Shown piece by piece: positions 11,414-25,569 of a stretch of 64,000 nt of DNA. Position numbers and translations under genes: made by a program. The stretch comes from Paraspadella gotoi (lineage: Eukaryota > Animalia > Chaetognatha). Below the pieces are notes generated by a model. That model was given only the letters and a program-made list of their open reading frames with translations. It was not told the origin of the DNA and searched no databases. Where the stretch lies: positions 17,011,030 to 17,075,029 of the forward strand of contig CM119269.1 of the NCBI GenBank assembly GCA_051294375.1, in the 5' to 3' direction. The first letter of the stretch is position 1. Each line of letters starts with the position of its first letter.

Positions 11414-14400
11414 ATGCCTCGTACCGGAGATTGGATCTTCCCCTGGATCCTCGTTGTTGTTTTCTCCCTTAATGTCGAAGGTCACGAGTTCGAGACTCTT
11501 CCGAAGATCGATGCCGCCGCCGACCTCGACGCCTTTCTCGACGTCATTCTGCCCAGGTGAGTTGGCCAAGTTTGATTTGTTCTCGATGTTGTTGCCAATC
11601 TAATCGATGCTTCGAATTTATGTTTATAAGATTGGCAAAAGGCCCGGCAATGTTGAACCGAAATTTATACATTGATATATTTTGTATTTGTATTAAATAG
11701 CAGTTTCTTTTTTTTTATGTTTCTATCTTATTATCTCTATTTTAATAAATTAATGTCTTTTTCAGATAATATATTCATTTTTAATTTCAGGATGTCCATT
11801 GTACTTTGTAATAATAATTAATAAGAAACACTGCAGAAATGAGAGATGTGTCAAGTCATTAAATCGATTTTTGGTAAACAACCTTTGAAATTCAGATTCA
11901 GCCTTAGTCCTGTTCCTTGGATGACACGCCGTCCCGTGTCGGCGGCGAAATGCGTCGACGGGCAACACATCTACGAAATTCTCAGACTCGACGCCGGAGC
12001 AGGTGGAGCAATAAAGGGTAGGGAATTATAGTAGTAATAGTAATAGTAATAACAGATCGCCCAGTAAAACGATGTGGAATAGAGCTAGCGTGATAGAAAG
12101 AAACAGAATGCAGAGAGAGATAACAAAAGTGGTGAAATTCGTTATTAGTTGAGCTTATGTAATATGTATGTAATGTTGTAAGTTGGGTTGTATAATCATT
12201 AAATGAACTGATGAGCAGCGTCAAATAAATAAGGATGAAATTAACCGAACCTAAAGAACTTCAATGACTTTTATTGTCGCCTCCCAAAGGCCTCCACCAC
12301 TACAGCGACAACGACACGCTGCAACAAACCTGCGTCGTGTTGCTCCACCACTTGCTCCATCTCCCCGAATCCTGCGTGGCAGGCAACGCGGCCGCCTTGA
12401 AGGCGCGGCGTTACGCCTCCTTCTTCGACGAAGTGTTTGGCTTCGATCGGACGAACGAACCCGAAGGGAAGTTCTCGAGGAGGCAGTTGGCGTCGATCGT
12501 GGAGAGATTGGAGACGCACTGGATCGCGGAAGGGAAGCGTGGAGACGACCACGATCATGACCACGACGAAAACGCTCCCGACCACCACGAGGACCCTATC
12601 TCACCTTCTTCCTCCGCCGCTAACGCTTCCGAACCGCGTTGTGCCGGCGTCCACTCCATCTGGGAGTCGGAGAAGGCGGCGGTGGGACCTCTGGAGGCGT
12701 CGCACCTTCTCACCAAGTTGATCATTGAGCTTTGGCTGGGAGCCGACCCGCGCTGCGATCATTACGACAAACACGAGGACGAAAATCACGACGAGGAAGA
12801 CGACCACGAACGCTTCGAGCGACCGACGTCTTTCGTAGACGAACTCATCGAGGAATTCGGTGTCGATGGCGAAGACTTCAGCGCCGGCGCCCTCGATAAG
12901 ATATTCCGCAGTTTGAAGGCGGGAAAAGAGGAAAAGGGCGTGGAGCCGGAAAAGGACGGGCATGACGACAAGCACCTCGGTCATGTTCACCGGCGACGTC
13001 GAGCGGTTAACGACGACGACGATAATCATGAACACCATGACGAACGCCCTAGGAACGAGAGTTGTTTCAATCTGGAGACTTTGATGCGGATGCACCAAAT
13101 CAATGGGCGATCAGTTTCTATGGCGGAGTTTTACAGGTATGCACGAGGGTCTCGATGTTAACGTCAATAGAAGACAACTTTTATATTCTCTAATCTCTAC
13201 TGTGTTATAATTCCCCGGAATTCTAATATTAAGGGAAAATATTTTATCGGGTTTTTCCGACTGAAGTGGCTTTTCGATTGAATTGACCTGCCTTTTTCTC
13301 CGCTTGGAATTTTTAATTTTTGGCTATAACACGTTACGCTAATATTCAGCGCTAATAATCAGCGCTTTACTGTTTACTCTCAGTCAATAAATTACTCCGC
13401 GATTCCTTCCTCTTCCTCCTCCCCTCCACCAGCCTCTGCCCCGCGCTCGTTCAACAAAGCATCTCCAACTCTTGCGTCTCCATCCACCTCCCTCCAGACC
13501 CCACCCCAACCCCCAACCGAACTCTCCCCGCCCCCGTCACCACCACCGAGGCTTACGGCTTCGGATTCTTGGCGGTGACGATCATCACGCTCACCGCTTT
13601 CGCCGGAATTCTCACGGTATTGTGATTGCGAATAATGTAAATTTTATTGTAATACTAAAATGTCTATTGGAAAACTGGGGCAGTAAGTATTTTCAGAAGG
13701 CAACGCGAACATCCCCACTCAGAAATAAAAAAAATTGGATATAAAATTAATAAATAAATCATAAAAAAAAGATAACAAATATAAAAAAATGTATATCTTA
13801 AAATAATAATTTATAAAATATCAAAAGATAAAAAAATGAAACAAGTAATTTTGCCATAAGTTAATTCTTTAAATCTCCTAAATCTTTATGTTGGCTATCG
13901 CTACACTATAAATAATCCACTTTAAATTTTAAAATGTTTTGTTGTAAAAACTTGACAGGTGCCTTGCTTGGAACGCCGGTTTTACGACGCGGCCATCTCG
14001 GCGCTGCTCTGTCTCGGCGTCGGCACCATGGTCGGCGACGCCCTTCTGCATCTGGTGCCCTTTTGTCTGGGGCTTCATTCGCATGATCACGAAAACCACG
14101 AAGACGGGTAGGTGGGACGGAGGGAGGGTTGGTGGGATGATTTAGGTAATTCAAATCGCTATAGTATAGTTTACCTTTCGTGTGCATCTTCTTATTCTTA
14201 ATTAGTTCCTGTCAGAAAAAAATGTGTATTTTTGAAATAAAAACAAAAACAAAATTGTATTCCTAAAATTGTAAATCCTAAAAATGGCAAGCGATTCCCA
14301 AGTATATTCGCGAAGTCTCAAGTTATGTAAGTTTCCTATTATAATCAATTAATTAATCATGCTTGTAATGAACTTTTATAATGTAAATAAGTTATTTTTT

Positions 14401-15416
14401 AACCTTCCATTTTCCAGCTCCGACGAAGACCGGTCTCCCGTTTGGAAAATGTTCTGCGTCTTTCTCGCCATCTACGTTTTCTATTTGCTCGAGACTTTTT
14501 TCTCTTACTTGACCAACGTGTGGAAGCCGGCGCGGCAGGGCAGCTGCGGCGGCGGCGTGCGGGATAACAACGCGGACCACGGGCACGACCGCATTCATCA
14601 TTACGTGCCCGAACAGTTCTCCGCCTCTCGCGAAAAGAGTTAGGCTTTTTTTTATTTATTTCTTTTTGATATTTTTTTGTTTTGTTTTGTTTTTTCTTTA
14701 AAACAGCAAATCATCCCTTTGTTTCCCTACCCGCTATTCCCCCCATATTCCTTCCTTCCCCTTCCTAGGGTCCGCCGGGATCGAAACTCCCCCGCAACCG
14801 ATGAACCTTGCCTCCCACTTTTCTCTCCACGACGGCGTCTCCACCTTCAAGGGACGCAAGAGCGGCGAGTCCCCGCCACGGCCGACCGCCAGCGCAGCCG
14901 TCGCCGCCATCACCGCCGCCGCTCAAGCGCCGGCCAACCACGCCGCCGCAGCCGCAGCCGCCGTTGCGAACGCCTCCGCATCCGCCAACGGCTCCGCCAA
15001 CCACGTGGATCTCTCCGACGAAAGCGTCGATCCCAATTCCTTCGAACTTTGCGTCGATCGACTTCAAAATCACGTGACGACGCCGTACGGTCACGTGGTT
15101 AGCGGGAGCGCCGGTGAGAGGGGTTCGCCGTAATTTCCAAAACGAGATATGATGTGTGCGATGGATCATGAATTTAAAAATCAAAGTTAGCATGAGCTGA
15201 AATTCTTAAGAGAAAATATTAGACCATAAAATTAACAACAACAACAACAACGCAATTTTTAACAGATGCATCTCCTACGGATGTTTGGCACCTTAAACCG
15301 ACGACGAGCGCCACATCGCTACAGATGTCGTCTCGGACGGCGTCGTCGGTCGAGGGCATCGACGTCGTCGGGGCGGCGCTCTCAAAACCCCCGGCGCTAG
15401 CTTGCGGTAAGAAAAA

Positions 15417-15503
<87 letters not shown>

Positions 15504-16511
15504 GAAGGAAGGAAGGAAGGAAGGAAGGAAGAAAGGAAGGAAGAAAAAAAACAAAAAAAGAAAGAGACAATAAAAGGAAAAATTAAAGAAACCCAATAAA
15601 TCCTCCCTTCCACCGCCCAACCTTTTTTCAGGCATTCCCTCAGTCTCCCTCCTCGTGCTCGTCGGCGACGGGATCCACAACTTCGCCGACGGCGTCGCCA
15701 TCGGCGCCGCCTTCACCGCCTCGTTGAGGGTGGGCGTAACCACCTCCGTCGCCGTCTTGCTGCACGAGTTGCCGCACGAGTTCGGCGACTTCGCCATCTT
15801 CGTCACGTCGGGCATCGGAGTCAAGAAGGCGTTGGGTCTTAATTTGTTGTCGGCCTTGTCGGCCTATTTGGGTCTTTTCATCGGTGAGGATCACTGGGTA
15901 GTTGTTTTCTTTTGTTGTTGTTGTTGTTGTTGTTACTGTTAAGTAGGCTTTGTCGGATATTTTATCATATTGTTTAGGTATCTGGTTAATTTTGTTTTTG
16001 TTTCTAATTCTTTCACTTTTTTTCTTTAGTTGTATAGTAAGTGTTTGTGATCTTAAACGCTACTAAATTTGCGTACAAAGCAGAGAGTTTTTATATTTGA
16101 CAAGCAACGATATATATTTTATATATATAAATAAAATTAAATTCACTGCTTTGGAAACGAGTTCCGAAACGCAACGAAAAGAAATGAAATTACATAACCT
16201 TCTTAAAATATAAAAATAAAAGATAGTGAAACAAGTAATTTTGCAAATTTTCATAACTCGCTACTAAATTTAAAATCCCTTACACTATCCTCACTCCGAA
16301 CGCTCCTCCCCAACACTTCGTCGACGCCACCAAAAAGGTTTGTCGGTGGCATCAGAGGAGTGGATACGAGTGTGGATCATGGCGATCACGGCGGGGATGT
16401 TCCTCTACATCTCTCTCGTCGACATGTTGCCAGAAATTATGCACAACAAAGAATCGAGAACGCTGTTGGGGTTTGGCCTACAGGTGGGAGAACTTGTTTT
16501 TCTCTTTCTCT

Positions 16512-16557
<46 letters not shown>

Positions 16558-16675
16558 CCCTTCCTACAATTTAAAAATAAGATATTGCTCATTTTTCTTG
16601 CAGAATCTCGGTATTTGGATTGGCGTAATTCTCATGTTGCTGATGGCCTTGTACGAAGATTTGCTCTCACATTAA
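11414..16675 (+). CDS. LIV-1 subfamily ZIP (SLC39A) zinc transporter, ZIP4/ZIP12-like, about 11 exons
   Basis: Signal peptide ([23 protein letters not shown]), His/Asp-rich ectodomain, PAL motif [16 protein letters not shown] motifs [45 protein letters not shown] and [16 protein letters not shown]. Phase-compatible GT-AG introns; stop at 16673-16675. Exact paralog unresolved. Confidence 0.93.
15415..15545. repeat. (AAAG)n/(AAGG)n tetranucleotide microsatellite (ZIP intron)
   Basis: Direct tandem run. Confidence 0.95.
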
Positions 16676-17796
16676 ATCTTGAACTACATATCCGCTCACA
16701 TTCCAAAGACTTCGTCCCAACTCATATGAATATGATATCTATTTTCTTAAAAAATTATAAATTAAAATCATTTTAACCTCCAATTATTCGTTCGGATCAT
16801 GAAAAGAAATATGTAGCCTTTAGGTTTTTACCATATGCCCATATGCCCCATATGGATGTTTTTATTGTCCTATTACTAAATGATATTTTTCTCATCTCAT
16901 TATTCTCAAAGAAAACTCCCAGCGTCGGCATTCCCTCGTGTTTTTTTCTTTTTTTTTCTTTTTTTTTCGTTTCTCCGTCGATGACAAAATCAAAATGATT
17001 ATTTGCACCGTTTCAAAGTTAAATGCTGTAAATATAATTGCGGTCTTATTGCTCTATTTTAACTATTTTTCAATTTCACCGAGGAGTGAGGGCCAGTTAT
17101 TTTTAGAATTTTCCAAGTATTACTTAGACACGAAAATGACCCGACGACGACGACGACGAGGAAAAAGAAAGTTTGAAGTATTTCGTGCTCCTCGGTTATT
17201 TTCTTTTCGGCTGACAACCAGGATCCTGGATCTCAGGCCCTCGGACCTTCATGTAAACGACGACGATGGGGACGATAACGACGACGACGACAACTATAAC
17301 GATTTTCTAGGAAACGAAGATCAAAATTAATGAGCACGAAGGTACAAAAGCCGGCGACAGTCAGTAAATTGCATTGCTTTACATCTTTCTTCAAGTCTGT
17401 GTTCTTTTTTCTACAAAATTATGTTTCAGAAAATCCAAGCGGTTTTTTTTCTTTCTGATGGAAAATAAAATTATGTAAAATGTATTAAGACCGCTTTTCA
17501 GGAAACAAAAGGGGCCGTCGAGAATTTGATAACACGGCTCATGGCTCATAATTCTTTTAGCCAACAAGTTTTAGCTCACACCCCGTATCATTTCGTCGTC
17601 AAGACTCTTTCGGAAAAACGTTCGTTACTTTTACAAAATGGCGTCCGTCGCCTTCTTTAAATCTTAATCATAATCATCATCATCATCATCGACACACAAT
17701 CGTCATCAAATATCATCGTCATTCGTCAATTTATTTCATCTCCCGCGCCCCCTTCCTCAATCTCCCCTCATCAGCTCAGGTCGCCCTCTTCCGGCG

Positions 17797-17966
17797 ATGG
17801 AAGCGACGCCGCCAGTCGATTTGACGGCGACGACGCCGCTGACGCGCGACTCGGCATTCGCCTCCGTCACGCCCGCCCGGAAATTAGAGACGTTGGATCT
17901 GTCGAGAAAATGCGAAGAAGACTCAGACCCTAAGAAGGTGATTGATTGATTGATTGATTGATTGAT

Positions 17967-18057
<91 letters not shown>

Positions 18058-21000
18058 TTATTATTTATTTAATTTATTTATTTATTTATTTATTTGTTTG
18101 TTTGTTTGTTTGTTTATTTATTTTTTTATTTATTTATTTGTTTTATATTATATATATTATATATATATTGATTGGTTGTCTTACCTTCATCCCAGGTCAA
18201 CTTGTCCGTCGGCCCTGGCGCCTACCGCGACGACAAGGGGCTCCCCTGGGTGCAGCCAGTCGTCCGCGCCGTGGAGGAAGCGACGTCCCGCGACCGAACT
18301 CTTCACCACGAGAGCTTCGCGCCTTCAGGGCTCAAAGCTTTCATCGAGCTCTCCGTGGAATTGACGCTGGGCGCAGCCAGGTGAGGCCAAGTGACGAGGT
18401 TGAGTTTAGGTTCGGCCTCAAGTTTACATACGGGTTGCCTTACCTTATAAACTACCTTATAACTATCTATTCGATCGTAGATCCTTACTTTTAACCCTCA
18501 CTCCAGCGCCGCCCTCGTTGAGAATCGCGCCTTCGGCGTTCAAACCCTCGGCGGCGTCGGCGCCCTGCGTCTCGGCGCCGATTTTCTGCGGCGCTTTCAC
18601 GGCGGCGGCGTCGGTATCGTGGACGACGCCAGCGACTGTGGCGTCGACGGAGAGGCAGTGGCGCTAGTATCGCGCCCGGCGGCGGAAATTCACCGCCGCG
18701 TCCTCGAGGCGGCGGGATTCAAAAAAATTCGATTCTATCGATATTTGAACGAGAAAACAAAAGACGCCGACGTCGACGCGATCGTTGAGGATTTGGAGCT
18801 GGCGGAAGACGGTAAGAGGAGAACGATAACATTAACAACAACGACTACGATCAAAATTACTACTGGTGATTAAAATGAAAATGAATAAATATATTGAATG
18901 AATGGATAATCTTTATTTTGGTTGTAACAATTTCATATATTAACGGCTATTTAATTCTTTTTTTTTTTTTTTAATTTGATGCTTTATTTTTTCATTTCTC
19001 TTCTTCCCCCTCAACTTTTAAAAGGTTCGATCGTTCTTCTCAACGCTTGCTGCCATAATCCTACCGGATCTGATCTTGAGCTCGAAGACTGGCGAAGAAT
19101 TGCCGCCGTCATGAAGGTGAGAAAATATATGACGAAAGTTTTTAAATTTACGTACGTAAATCGGAATCTTTTTTCTTTTACAAAATTGTTTACTTTGATA
19201 CGCCGAATCTACTTTATTCTTAATCAAATTTTAAACTGATCTCTATTGTTCTTTTTCTGACCTGAAAAAGTCGACTTCGAAACGGATAAACTTTTCTCTC
19301 AATTCAAGTCAGTTTTCTACCTTTGAAGTTTGAATCACCAAGTCACTTGGTCAAGTGTGTCGTCCATAATGTTGTCAACTCGTGCTTATTTTGCGTTTGT
19401 CTCGACGGCCCCGGGTCTGGAGGAGAATCTCACGAAGTGAAACTGGCGAGAGGCCTCCCCAAGAATCCGCGAGGCATCACATAAAGTTTCACGAACCAAC
19501 GACATTCGTTTCGTAAAATTCTTGTTTTTTCCCGCCGCCTGTTTTCTATCCCACTGAAAACACCTACCTCGAGATGATTTCGTATCATTCCGAACAACTT
19601 ACCTCTAACTTTCCTTTCACCCCCTCAATCCAAATCTCCAAAGGCCAAGGGTCACTTTCCCTTTTTCGACGCGTCGCTTTTGGGCCTGGGATCAGGCGAC
19701 GCCGATGCCGACGCCGCCGCCGTCCGCCTTTTCGCCGACGAAGGACTTGAGGTCTTCGTCGCTCTCTCCTTCTCCGCCAACTTTGGTCTGCTGTGTCGTT
19801 ATTAATTTATTTATTAATATACTACACTGTATTTAATACTTTTTATTCTTGAATTAGTAAAAAAATCAGCTTATTATTTAGACGGAACCATAAAATCTAA
19901 TTTATAATGATTGGCACAGGATTGTACAATGAGCGGTGCGGTTGCCTGGTCGTTGTCACTTCTGAATCAAAAGTTAATGCGAGGGTTTTAAGCCAATTGG
20001 AGGCCTTGGTGGCGCCATTGTGGTCATCCCCAGCCAATCACGGCGCGAGAATCGTGGCTACGATATTGAATAATCAGGTAATTTCAAATTAAAACATTAA
20101 AATATGACGCATATTGTCTTGCAAGTTGTGAAAGTAGTGATTCACGAGTCCCGAGCGCAATGCACAGGGCACAGGACGCAGATTATCTCTCCGACTGGAT
20201 TTTGGGCTTTGTTCGTCTCTGTTGTCTCCTGACAAAACTTTGAACTGGGAAGCAAAGCTTGGACGATATGAATTTGTTCTTTAATTAATTTTTTTTAGTT
20301 TAATTCTATAATGCGAAGATACGATTAGATATGCATAAATTGTATATGACACAATGAAAAATGGCGTAACGTTACTGTTCCGTGCATAAAAAAAATTGAA
20401 AATGAATTTGTCATATTGTTATTTAGATTAATTGACTAATTACAAACATATGATTCATATAAATTGAGGAAATGATGGGTAAAAAATATTCATCTTAGTT
20501 TCGGTTAACTATTAAGTTATCGTTAAAATTTTATTTTAATAATATTAATATTTTTTTTGCATTTTTAAAAGCAATGGTCTAAAATTTTGTAAGCGTTTCA
20601 AACTATATTGCTACATCTTTTTTACTATTTTTGATCTAGTTAGCTTTTTTGTTGATGGTCAAGGGTTATGGTCAGACACAGTAATGTCCAGTAGTGTATA
20701 TCGCACATATTACCAAAAGTAATAATAAATTAATTTGGCTCAGAAACAATTTTAAAGGGACAAAATCAGCACGAGACACTAACGCCACGTTATTTTTCAT
20801 TGTGTCATATTGCATTCTACAGATTTTTTATTTGTTCAAAAACAATATTCAAAGTTCCACAAAGAAAAATCAATACTCAGCAAGCGTAACACGAAAGCAA
20901 ATAATGACATTGATGTTGCCTTTTAAGCAATGTAATCATTGTTGACAATTTCGCCTTCCATTAACAGATAAGGATCATTAGTTATAATTAACAACAATAC

Positions 21001-22366
21001 CATCACCGCAACATATACCATAACCATAGTTATATTGTTATTGTACAATAGTTCAAAGATGAGATAAACAATTATCATTGAAGCAGCCACCCAGCAACCT
21101 GGGCCCCAGGTCATTTCACCGTTATCCATAAAACAAGATTCGAATTAAAAGCCTGGGTACGTGGCCTCACACTTGGCGATACTTCAAAAACACAGTATAG
21201 ATTTTATTCGCCAACTTATTATCATTATGAAAACATTTCATTTTCGATAGTTAATTCGGCGATGACGTAGAAAGTAAACGACGACAGCGATGACAATGAC
21301 GATTACGAGTAGCATTACCGCAAAGATGGTTGAATGTTGTCCTGAAACGAAACGTGAAATATTTTCCATCATTAATTAGTTCTTTAAATTTACTTTTATC
21401 GCAGCATTTCATCACAGTAAAAACGTTTATTCTGTTTGTTATGGAAGATTAATATATTTAGAAACACCTTGACAGAAACATTATTTTTATATGACCAACA
21501 TTCGGATGTGGTTTCACTACTTTTTGAGGCTTACAAAGACGAATGGCGAAGGAACGTTCGCAAGATGGCGGATCGGGTCGTCCTAATGCGTCGCCTGTTG
21601 AACGAAAAGTCGAAAGAGCTCGGGACCCCTGGAAACTGGGATCACGTGACGAGGCAGAGAGGATTCTATTGCCACACCGGATTAAATCGTCGACAGTGTC
21701 GAGTCCTTGTTGAAAAGCACAAAGTTTATTTGGCCAGGTGAGCTTGAAGATTGTAGAAATTTCCTTGTCTCGCTGAATCCCTAGACATTGTTGACAAGCA
21801 GATAAAAAATTTTAACGAAATTAATATAACTGTTTGACCGGCATCTTGAATGTAAAAATTAAAATTTTATGTTTATAATGTCATAATAACCAATTAATAA
21901 ACAAATATTTAACCGACTTAATTTCTAAAGGCTCACTTTCTTTTATTGTATCGTTAATTCACAAGAAATTTAAACGCTAATTTAAAACGAATATATGTAC
22001 CTTCAAAATAACTCTTTGTAAACATAAAATGGTTGATTTACTTTTTGTTGTTTTGTTGCTGCCACAGTTTGTCAATTTCAAAGTTCGAGAAGAGAACTGA
22101 TTTGAAAGATCTGTATTTTAATCCTCGACCTTCTTTTATATAGCAACGGATGCGCCAATCTTTGCGGTTTGAATTCCTCCAACGTTGAGTCAGTGGCGCG
22201 CGCCATTTTTGACGTCGCGTCAAACGTGGTTGATGATCCCGCGATGCCCGGGGACGACGGCGATGACGATGTCGGTGACGACGAGAACGAAAACGACATT
22301 GACGACAATGAACACCGGAAAGACGGCGACGACGATCGTGACGAATCTCCGGCTCCTGAAATCTGA
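17797..22366 (+). CDS. Cytosolic aspartate aminotransferase (GOT1)-like protein with degenerate active site, probable pseudoenzyme (exons 17797-17937, 18196-18380, 18507-18811, 19025-19116, 19644-19785, 19920-20077, 21529-21737, 22144-22366)
   Basis: Colinear with GOT1: DPKKVNLSVG(PG)[46 protein letters not shown][A][24 protein letters not shown]. Open frame through all exons. Catalytic Lys replaced by Ala (GCC at 19776-19778); acidic C-terminal tail. Confidence 0.92.
17938..18172. repeat. (ATTG)n/(ATTT)n/(GTTT)n microsatellite filling an intron
   Basis: Direct tandem runs. Confidence 0.95.
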
Positions 22367-23548
22367 TAACTTGTGTCACGTTAGTTCCGGTTGAGAATCA
22401 CGAAAAAGACTTTCCGTTTTGCTCAAACCTCTTAATAAATCTTTAGTTATAATTTATAATTTATAACTGTCTATACTATTTAACTCTTTTTCCCCGCGGG
22501 GTCAGTGACTTAGAGGTAATCGACCCCGTGCACCGAAATCGAGGCTTTTACAATCCCATCTATGAAGTAAGAAAAGAAAACTTTTCGTGTATTACAGTTA
22601 CAGGGGCGAGTCTCATCAGTCATCAGCGTATCGACTCTTCAAATGACGAATTTTAAAAAGCTTCAATAAAAATCCTGTGATGAATATAACTTACATACTT
22701 ATCCATAATAACAAAGTAACACCTGACTATCGTAATAGTTGATAATGGATCCGCCTCTTTCGAATCAACCTTCCCAACCTTTCCAACCTTTAGATTCTTG
22801 TAATTCTCCATCCACGCGATTTTTTGAGGCTTCTTTCCGTTTGACCAAAGAAACAAGATCGGTTCATCCTAAGTGTTGCGCCGCAGTGACTTTATTTTCA
22901 CGTGTATGCCTCGTGACATGGTATGACATGACGAGACATAACATGACTACATGACTGCAATTTCTTTCTTAGCCTGTGTATTTATGACACGCACTGCATC
23001 GGAATTCTGTATTTTATTTTCTATAGTTTTAGGATTTCCTGAAGGCAGCGCAAGCAGTCCATTAAATTTAAGATTTTTTAATTTTTAATGTAAGTGGGAC
23101 AGACCGACCGAAAGACTTATAGAGTTGCTCCGCGAGTAATCGCGGCGCAACTAAAAAAGTGAAGTATAAGCCAGGGTTCAATGACCGATGAATCGATTTG
23201 TAATGATCTTCTTAAGATTTACTCGAAACGGTTTGAAGCTTCTTTCGACTTCTAAATATATATCTTTAGTTTAGTAAAGACTTTACATATGTCATTGCTA
23301 TTTTGGTGTTAAACTAAGTCTTGTCACTCGAAAATGTGTGAGGCTTTTTTCCTTTCTTGTTCCAAGTTTATCTTAAAAATGTCATTTCCTTTTATCCATA
23401 ATAATTAATGCACGTTTTGGTTTTTCGCGTTCGCGCAATTTCGATTCTTACACATGATTATATTTCTGTCCCAAGCATTGCGGTTTATCACCTACCGCCA
23501 TAAACTCAGTTCACTCAACGATGCAAGGGTGAGGACTGAAGGAGATCG

Positions 23549-25569
23549 ATGGGCCTATTTGGTTCTCACCCGGCCTCGACCCTTGACGTCGATGACATGG
23601 CGGAGATTCGGAAGGCGACCGGCTTCTCCGCCGATCAGATCGAGCGCCTTCACCGCCGCTTCCGGTTTATAGACAAGAATCGCATGGGCTTCCTTACCCA
23701 TGAGGACATCATGGAAGTGAGTCAGACTAACACTGTCTCATTTCGTAAAATAATATCTTCGGATAATTAAAAAACCGAACAGGTTATTTTAATTGCACAT
23801 CCTGTGACGTTGAAACTTCGAATAACCCGTTTTTTAAAAACGTTGTCATTGTTAAATTCAAAATTAACTCTGGGAGTGAATAAACGAGACTGTGAGTAGG
23901 GTGGAGTGATGAAAAGATTGAGCGATGGAACAATGTTTTTTTGCTGCCTTTATATATGTAATATAAAATAATTAAGCCCTTTTTCCAAAAAAATTTGCAT
24001 AACAGTATCATTAATTGAATTTTTTTTATAGTAATATCCTTAATTAAAAACGAAAATTTTCGTGGAACAACAAAAAAGTTTTTTATTATTGTTGTTCCAC
24101 GAAAATTTCCGTTTTTAATTAATCTCAACAAACAACAAAAGAAAGGATTAATACAAAGTAATATCCTTATAAAATCATAAAATTTCAAAATCATATTTTC
24201 TTAATTTTAAGAACAGTTTTGGATTCGCCGGAAAAAACTGAAAAACTTTTGTAAAATATGTTACATGATATTTTTAGGTTAAAGCTGTGAAAAATGACCA
24301 AAATGTTTCATCATATAATAGTTTCTACTACAAAGTATAAAAAAGTAGAGAATTTGACCTATTTTTTTCATTTTTGACGCTGAAGATATTAAAATTTTTT
24401 ATAACATATTTTATATTTTTCATCTAACTTTTTATGAAGAATCAGAATCTTTTATAAAAATTTTAAAAAAATTATTTTGAAAATTTATGATTTTATAAGA
24501 ATATTACTATAAATAAATTGTACTTAATGATACTGTTCCCCAAACAATATAAGCAAAATATTTTTTATACTCCTTAATCATACTATCTTACGTCTAAATA
24601 TCCTTGTTTGATCACTCAAATAAAATTTAGGTTCCCCAGTACTCCACTCTACTGTGAGAGAGTCTTGATTGAAAGCTTGCAGGGGCGTTCTAAAATGGAA
24701 CAAGAAATAGCGGTATATTTGAAGCTATCAAGTACCAGTGGCTACTTTTTTTGAGCCTCAGTGTACTTAAGAATTTATGACAGAAAAAATATTTAAGAAA
24801 AACTCTAACTTGAGAAAATGAGAATATTAAATTATCTGCCCATTGAATAGTATTTGTTGGTTTACATTTCTATATTTCACTTATTTTTAATGTGACGTTT
24901 TTAAAGCAAATCTTAATTAAATGCAATTTTTTTTTTTAATTCTCGAATCTGTCCACTGCGAATATGATAGATCCCAGGTTTAGACGACAATCCCTTGGGT
25001 CAACGTATCGTCCACGCCTTCTTTCGATACGGCGACACTGAAGATGTTCAGGAAAAAATTGATTTCAAAGAGGTTTCTAGATAGCAATTACTAAAATTAA
25101 TAACCTTCATGAATAATAATTTTGCTTTATGTTAAAAAATAAAATAAATCATATGTATCTCTCTCTCCTCAGTTCGTACGTGTTTTGGCAAGATTCCGAC
25201 CAGAAACGGAGGAAGACCGTCACGGCATAAATTCAAAAACTGAGAAGTTAAAATTCGCTTTTAAAATGTACGACATTAATGACGACGACACGATTACTCA
25301 AAAAGAGGTGATGAAAACAAATTACAATCATGAACATAATTTTAAAACTTTTTGCTATGCTGAAATGACACCCATTTTACTAGGTGGTGGAGGTTCTGCA
25401 ACTCATGGTGGGGTGCCATATTGGCGAGGAACAGCTAATTGGGATAGCGAACCGAACTCTTGAAGAAGCGGACACGGACGACGACAAGGAGATTACGCTC
25501 GAAGAGTTTTGCCGCGTTTTGGAAAATTCCGGCATCGTCCAGACGTTGAGCATAAAATTTAAAGAGTGA
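23549..25569 (+). CDS. Calcineurin B homologous protein (CHP1-like EF-hand protein); exons 23549-23716, 24971-25072, 25173-25307, 25384-25569
   Basis: MG start (myristoylation-type), TGFSADQIERLHRRF, NPLGQRIVHAFF, NSKTEKLKFAFKMYDINDDDTIT, LQLMVG..I.EEQL..IANRTLEEADTDDDKEITLEEF, C-terminal LSIKF. Phase-0 GT-AG introns. Confidence 0.92.
23990..24545. mobile_element. AT-rich foldback/MITE-like remnant in CHP intron 1
   Basis: Long imperfect inverted repeats, e.g. AACAGTATCATTAA (24001) versus TTAATGATACTGTT (about 24524), and GTAATATCCTTATAAAATCATAAA versus TTTATGATTTTATAAGAATATTAC. Confidence 0.6.
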
